A model generated the notes under the pieces. It saw only the letters and a program-made list of their open reading frames with translations, did not search any database and was not told the origin of the DNA. The translations under genes were made by a program, and so were the position numbers. Shown one piece after another: positions 25,037-29,707 of a stretch of DNA of 29,707 bases. How positions within the stretch are numbered: position 1 is the first letter of the stretch; every line of letters begins with the position of its first letter. This DNA is from a virus: IMG/VR virus record IMGVR_UViG_646311944_000001, positions 1 through 29,707 of that record. One strand, given 5' to 3'.

Positions 25037-27371
25037 AAAATTTTTTGATGAATTAAGAAATAAACATGCAAAGTCAATAAAAGATTTAGTTGAAATTATC
25101 CCATCTATAGAAACCCTGAAACTCCATCACGAAATAGTATTATCATCTGAAGAAAATATCGATAAATATTTTAGTGCTTTAAAGTTTTACTTTCCAGAGA
25201 GGATAAAGCGATATTTTTTTAACAAATATCAGATATTTATTGATTTTGACAACAGATCTAAATGGCATGATTTCGTAGACATAAACACACTATTAAAAGT
25301 ATATGAATTGAATTATATACAAAGTATAACAAAAGAAGGAAAAACAATTAAAGATAGTTTTGAGGAATTTTTTACAGAGTCAATAGTATTATTATTAAAA
25401 AATACACATACACATGGAATAAGAGAATTAGAAGATACTCCAATAGTTATCAAATTTAAAAATAAATTATATGGAGATGTAAATACCTGGAAAATTATGA
25501 AAGTTGAAAGTGAGGATGACTCTTTAACTTACTATGTAAAACTTGATGATAATAATTTAATATATATGAATATTACTGGAACTCAAAAGAAAAAAAACAT
25601 TGTTACTCCTGTCAACATGGACATTCCAATATTCCAACTACATAAATGTGAAAAAATCTATGACCCTATAGATAATAAAACAGTATTCTATATTTCAGGA
25701 TGGAAACTACAGGGTAATGAAGAAAAATATGTTGAAATAATAGATATTAATGATATAGGACAATTACTAAGTTCCCCAATCATAAACCTCTGTAAAAAAT
25801 ACAAAGAATTATACATGGAACTAAAAAATGTCCTAAAACAGATAATATCTCAAAAAGCTGAGGACTGTATAAAAACTGAAGGTTTCGCAGTAATTACCCA
25901 TAATGGACATCTAACTATTCCAAAAAGATACAAAATGCCAGATACAATATTTTGTGAAGATTTAGAGCATTTGGATAGAATATTAACAAAAGATACAGAT
26001 GAGTTAATTAAAGAGGATTTGATAAAATATCTTGCATTATTTAATAAGGTCCACAACTTGACTACAATAGGTGCATTTATAGCCAGCCATTTAATACATG
26101 TAATTAAACCAAAAATTGTTTCTCCTGTATTTATATGGGGAGATAGTGGCGTTGGAAAAACAAGTATTGCAATGTTACTTAGCTATGTAAACCCCGCAAG
26201 TTCCCAAACTACAAGCCACCAGTTAATGCAGAAAATTTCTGGGTTCAGATGCGGTATAGTTTATTTTGATGAAAAAATAGAGTATTCATCACAATTAACG
26301 CAGGATTTAAAGTATTCTGCCACAAACTGTGGATACATACATAGAATTAGCCATAACAAAAAATATGTTGCCAATGTCATGTTTTTGGCAACATCAAACC
26401 CCCAACCAAAATTTAAGACAAGGGGTCTTGAAGATTTAAAAGGGCTTTTGAGAAGAGCAGTATTTTTAAAAGTCATAAAAGAGCTTGATGAAATAAAAGA
26501 TGAAAAAATTGATGAAGCTTATGAGATATTGGACATATATAGAAATGATTTAATTAAAATACTGCTTGATGAGCTAACATCATTCTCAGAAAAGGAAATT
26601 AAAGACATATACAGACAATTTACAGTTAGGGAGAAGTATAAACTACTTCTAACTGGAATTGAACTCTGGAAGGCAATATGTGAAAAATACAATATTAAAT
26701 TAAATATAAATTATGATGAACTTATTAGGAGATTTGAGGATAGTGAAAAAGAGATATTAGGATTTGGAGATATAAGCTTATTAGAATTAATAAAAGGAAG
26801 AATTATAGAAGATGCAATACACACTGCAAGAGTTTTAGATGTAGAAGGTAAAGATATTGTAGTTAGAGTTGCAGATAAAAACGTTGTGAAATCTCTACTT
26901 ACATCAAAAGGATATGCAATATACTTAAAAGATAAGAAACTTTATGCTATACTTTCTGTTAGAGGGTTTAAAAATCTAAAAGATAAAATTAAGGAACTAC
27001 CCGATTTAGAAACTAAGAGAGACATTGAAAGTTACCTCGGACAGAATGGCATTGAGTTTGAGTATAAAAATACGAGGGCATATGGAATATCCATAAAAGG
27101 ATTCTTTATAGAAATTAAAGACATTGAAATTGACATTGAGGATGATGAAGAAAATAACATTTCAAACTCAATACTTAAGAGCAGACAAAAGCAGAAAAAC
27201 CTTGAGGAGAAAATTATAAAGACAATAGAAGAAGCTGGAGAAATTAGTTTCGATGAATTAAAAGAAAAAATAGGGCTTGATGAAGAAACATTAGAGAAAT
27301 TAATCAAAAGGTTAATAAAACTTGGAGATATATTGGAGGTAAGACCTAATACTTATAAAATATTAGTATAA
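24984..27371 (+). CDS. Replication helicase/initiator (SF3/AAA+-like) with C-terminal winged HTH
   Basis: Walker A GDSGVGKT, Walker B IVYFDE, motif C LATSN, LLRR arginine finger; wHTH ISFDELKEKIGLDEETLEKLIKRL. Confidence 0.75.
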   Translation: MSEEIRNIKELLKNPVFKKFFDELRNKHAKSIKDLVEIIPSIETLKLHHEIVLSSEENIDKYFSALKFYFPERIKRYFFNKYQIFIDFDNRSKWHDFVDINTLLKVYELNYIQSITKEGKTIKDSFEEFFTESIVLLLKNTHTHGIRELEDTPIVIKFKNKLYGDVNTWKIMKVESEDDSLTYYVKLDDNNLIYMNITGTQKKKNIVTPVNMDIPIFQLHKCEKIYDPIDNKTVFYISGWKLQGNEEKYVEIIDINDIGQLLSSPIINLCKKYKELYMELKNVLKQIISQKAEDCIKTEGFAVITHNGHLTIPKRYKMPDTIFCEDLEHLDRILTKDTDELIKEDLIKYLALFNKVHNLTTIGAFIASHLIHVIKPKIVSPVFIWGDSGVGKTSIAMLLSYVNPASSQTTSHQLMQKISGFRCGIVYFDEKIEYSSQLTQDLKYSATNCGYIHRISHNKKYVANVMFLATSNPQPKFKTRGLEDLKGLLRRAVFLKVIKELDEIKDEKIDEAYEILDIYRNDLIKILLDELTSFSEKEIKDIYRQFTVREKYKLLLTGIELWKAICEKYNIKLNINYDELIRRFEDSEKEILGFGDISLLELIKGRIIEDAIHTARVLDVEGKDIVVRVADKNVVKSLLTSKGYAIYLKDKKLYAILSVRGFKNLKDKIKELPDLETKRDIESYLGQNGIEFEYKNTRAYGISIKGFFIEIKDIEIDIEDDEENNISNSILKSRQKQKNLEEKIIKTIEEAGEISFDELKEKIGLDEETLEKLIKRLIKLGDILEVRPNTYKILV

Positions 27372-27486
27372 AGTTATTTTATTATTTTTTTGAAATCTCA
27401 AATTTTCACCATCTTCAAACCCCAAACTCTTTTCATTATCCCTAATGTTGTAGGTATAATTATAGGACTAGAACCTACTCCACGTC

Positions 27487-27815
27487 AGCGACCATAGCGA
27501 CCATATCAGCGACCATGAATATTACGGTTTTTTCAGTTAGATTTTTGATAAATTTTCTTATTTTTTTAAAAATAACAATAAAATATTATAGTCGCTGATA
27601 GATATAACAATCTGACTTTATCTTATTACAATAAGAACTACAGCGACTTTTTGAAAACCAGCGACCACAGCGACCACTTGGATATAACTATTATGCGGTC
27701 AGGGTGTGGAAAAAATTTGAAGTCATTGAGTGGTCGCTCGGTCGCTAAAAATTAAAAAGGATGTTAAGTTGAGTATATTGTATATAATCAATAATATGTT
27801 TAGATTGTTAGCGAC
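27487..27815. repeat. Iteron array, 10 copies of AGCGAC(C/T): putative replication origin
   Basis: Direct copies at 27487, 27496, 27508, 27642, 27660, 27669, 27809; inverted at 27590, 27731, 27740; AT-rich spacers; non-coding, after helicase. Confidence 0.75.
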
Positions 27816-27947
27816 TCAGTTTTTATGTCATTATTATTCCAAATTTGACAGATGATTTGATTCATTTCTTGAAGATAAGAATATATTCATAGTAGCCGAT
27901 ACGGTTGCTGATAGAAATTTCACAGTTGCTCTTTAGTATAGAAAGCT

Positions 27948-27997
27948 TTATATATTTCCGCAATTATATTATATGTCATAAAAATATGAGATGTCAT
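27948..27997 (+). promoter_or_regulatory. Promoter with operator for integrase operon
   Basis: TTTATATA at 27948; TATGTCAT-N5-TATGAGATGTCAT at 27972-27997 aligns with 20701-20726. Confidence 0.65.
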
Positions 27998-28009
27998 TTT
28001 GGTGATACA

Positions 28010-28201
28010 ATGGTGAGAGTAAAAAAGAAGGCATGGAGAAAACCAAGAGATGTGGTTATAGGCTTTGTTGCGGTTTGTAAGGCAAACGGTAATACTGTAA
28101 TTCCTAAACCAACTTTACCTCCTGATTATGTCGGCAAAAAAGTTATAATCATTCCGATTGAAGATGAAGATGAAGAGTTTGATGTGGTTGATGATAATTG
28201 A
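28010..28201 (+). CDS. DUF2080-like (AbrB-like) small protein
   Basis: GNTVIPKPTLPPDYVGKKVIIIP motif; GGTGAT RBS before ATG 28010. Confidence 0.65.
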   Translation: MVRVKKKAWRKPRDVVIGFVAVCKANGNTVIPKPTLPPDYVGKKVIIIPIEDEDEEFDVVDDN

Positions 28202-28325
28202 AACTAAGAAAGTTGAAAAATCTAAATATCCAGCTCGAAATGTCGAAAGTTCTTATGGGGTTGTTAGTGTCCCTATTTATGGGGATAGGTACGTTATCCC
28301 CGCTTCTAACTTGGAGTTTGGGTGA
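28191..28325 (+). CDS. Small 44-aa ORF (MIIETKKVEKSKYPARNVESSYGVVSVPIYGDRYVIPASNLEFG), not in the ORF track
   Basis: Translated by hand; overlaps upstream stop and fills the gap. Confidence 0.5.
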   Translation: MIIETKKVEKSKYPARNVESSYGVVSVPIYGDRYVIPASNLEFG

Positions 28326-28330
28326 TTCTC

Positions 28331-28507
28331 ATGAGGTATAAGTCAGAGGTTGATGCTTTGGCAGAGCATGTTGAAGAGGTTATTGAGATTTTAATATCTC
28401 ATATGGATGAAGAGGATTTGATTAATTTGCATGCTATAGGCGTAGGGATATGTCAAAGAGTTGCTGAAGAGTTTAAAGAAAGATTAAAGTTGAGGGAGAT
28501 TTTATGA
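28331..28507 (+). CDS. Hypothetical helical protein
   Basis: GGTGAT RBS before ATG 28331. Confidence 0.6.
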   Translation: MRYKSEVDALAEHVEEVIEILISHMDEEDLINLHAIGVGICQRVAEEFKERLKLREIL

Positions 28508-28755
28508 GGAGGGCAACATTCTATTTATGTAGGAATATTGATGGTAGGAAACTTAGGTATCTTTTGCATAGGTTGGAAAACGTGGAAAATATAGATATTG
28601 AGACATTAAGAAGAGCAATTGAGGCGGAGAAGAAATACAAAAGAGCAATAACGCTCACAGAGGAAGAGGAGGCAATTATACAGAAGTTAGGTAAGAGTGC
28701 AAATTTACTTTTGAATTGTGAGTTGGTGAAGTTGGATGAGGGAGAAAGAGCTTAA
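28504..28755 (+). CDS. MJ0366-like (DUF2540) trefoil-knotted ribbon-helix-helix protein
   Basis: RATFYL..NIDGRKLRYLLH.LENVENIDI.TLRRAIEAEKKYKR.ITLTEEEE.IIQ.LGKSANLLLNCELVKLD, recognised as near-identical to MJ0366. Confidence 0.85.
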   Translation: MRRATFYLCRNIDGRKLRYLLHRLENVENIDIETLRRAIEAEKKYKRAITLTEEEEAIIQKLGKSANLLLNCELVKLDEGERA

Positions 28756-29707
28756 AAATCTCTTACTTTTAAAACCTAAGAGGGAAGAGATTAAAGAGAC
28801 GGATGATATTAAAAAATGGCTTGATAAGTTTAAAGAAGAGCGTTTATTTGATGGTAGGAAGGAAAGCACTATAAAAAATGATTTAACACGGTTGAAAGTT
28901 TTCTTGGACTTTTGTTATAATAGGTTAGGAAAAAGCCCTGATGAAATGGAGACATCTGATTTCGTTAAGTTCTTTAACTACTTAGAGAAAGAGAGGAAGT
29001 TATCTAAAAATACTCAGAAGAGGTATTATGACTTATTGAAAGTGTTTTATAAGTTGATGAGGTTAAAGAACTTTAATGAGTTTGCTGAGGAGAGTAAGGA
29101 AAGAAAACGGTTTGCTTGCATAGAAATAAGACATTATGATGCTGTTGATGCTGAGATTTTGAATGAGATTTTGAGGAAGATTGTTGAGAGTAATAGCAGA
29201 ACAAGGATGAGAGATGCATTGATTGTAAGATTGCTATGGGATACTGGAGCGAGAGTATCTGAAATATTAAATCTAAGATACAAGGATGTTGATTTCAATG
29301 AAGGAATAATTAGAATCACTAATACAAAAAATAGGGAAGAGAGAAAGGTGGTCTGTGCATCTGAAACCTTAGAGCTGTTAAGGCATTATTGCCAGTTCAA
29401 CATAAGGCAAGGACCGGAGGATTACCTATTCCAAAATAATAGGGGAGGGAGGGTTAGAAAGGATTGGATTAGTGAGGTTTTTAGAAAAGCAGTTGATGAG
29501 CTTAAAAAGGAGGGTAAGATTCCGCCAAATAAGAGGATTGTTATTCATTCTTTGAGGCATGGTAGGGCTGTTGATTTACTTGAAAAAGGATTACCTCTTG
29601 ATGTTGTTAAAGAATATCTTGGCCATAGGAGTTTGGAGGTTACTTTGTTTTATTCTCATTCTAAGGAGAGAACTGAGAAGTTATTAAAAATTATTAGGAA
29701 GTTGTAG
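28736..29707 (+). CDS. int: Tyrosine recombinase/integrase
   Basis: TGARVSE (R), TKN (K), HSLRH (HxxR), LGH and terminal Tyr (TLFY); N-terminal SAM-like domain. Confidence 0.95.
   Translation: MREKELKNLLLLKPKREEIKETDDIKKWLDKFKEERLFDGRKESTIKNDLTRLKVFLDFCYNRLGKSPDEMETSDFVKFFNYLEKERKLSKNTQKRYYDLLKVFYKLMRLKNFNEFAEESKERKRFACIEIRHYDAVDAEILNEILRKIVESNSRTRMRDALIVRLLWDTGARVSEILNLRYKDVDFNEGIIRITNTKNREERKVVCASETLELLRHYCQFNIRQGPEDYLFQNNRGGRVRKDWISEVFRKAVDELKKEGKIPPNKRIVIHSLRHGRAVDLLEKGLPLDVVKEYLGHRSLEVTLFYSHSKERTEKLLKIIRKL

Larger units (their letters stand above)
1..29707. mobile_element. Head-tailed (Caudoviricetes, siphovirus-like) archaeal provirus, Methanococcales host likely
   Basis: Terminase, portal, protease, capsid, tail tube, tape measure, helicase, repressor and tyrosine integrase all present; archaeal RBS (GGTGA) and histone; att sites not inside the window. 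Confidence 0.95.

Noticed and set aside
27487-27815. Repeats as a CRISPR array
   Set aside because: Units are 7-8 bp, irregularly spaced and in both orientations; no repeat-spacer periodicity or cas genes.
1451-29319. Many 60-195 aa antisense ORFs in the track (e.g. 11120-11707, 18463-18801, 23494-23868)
   Set aside because: They lie opposite well-supported genes, lack RBS and show shadow-frame composition.
29600-29707. attL/attR or target tRNA; split SSV-type integrase
   Set aside because: Window stops at the integrase stop codon; no tRNA or terminal direct repeat seen; integrase has all catalytic residues in one frame.

Overview
The window is an almost complete (~29.7 kb) temperate head-tailed (siphovirus-like) archaeal provirus. 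AT-rich composition, GGTGA-type ribosome-binding sites and several proteins closely resembling Methanocaldococcus jannaschii proteins (RelBE, the knotted protein MJ0366, an MJ0367-like integrase, a histone) point to a Methanocaldococcus/Methanococcales host; it may be related to MFTV1, which I cannot confirm without a search. Layout: a leftward membrane-protein cassette (1-737); a rightward packaging operon (TerS, TerL, portal-MuF fusion, HK97-gp10-like; 831-5050) converging on a long leftward head/tail operon (17332-5047); a leftward early operon with histone, putative annealing protein and double-HTH regulator (20531-17480); a central immunity/cargo region (RelBE, DUF6978 + DUF1828/DUF1829-like pair, CAP-domain protein, wHTH repressor; 20879-24431); and a rightward replication/integration arm (SF3-like helicase, iteron origin, DUF2080-like, MJ0366 homolog, tyrosine integrase; 24618-29707). 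The most notable non-coding signals are a perfect 33-bp inverted repeat forming two early promoters with GTCAT-N6-ATGAC operators, a palindrome shared by the two late promoter regions, ten AGCGAC(C/T) iterons, a K-turn-like structured leader RNA and a UCC-UUU-CGU candidate +1 frameshift in the tail chaperone genes. No att site, tRNA or CRISPR array is visible. All family assignments are from motif recognition, not database searches.
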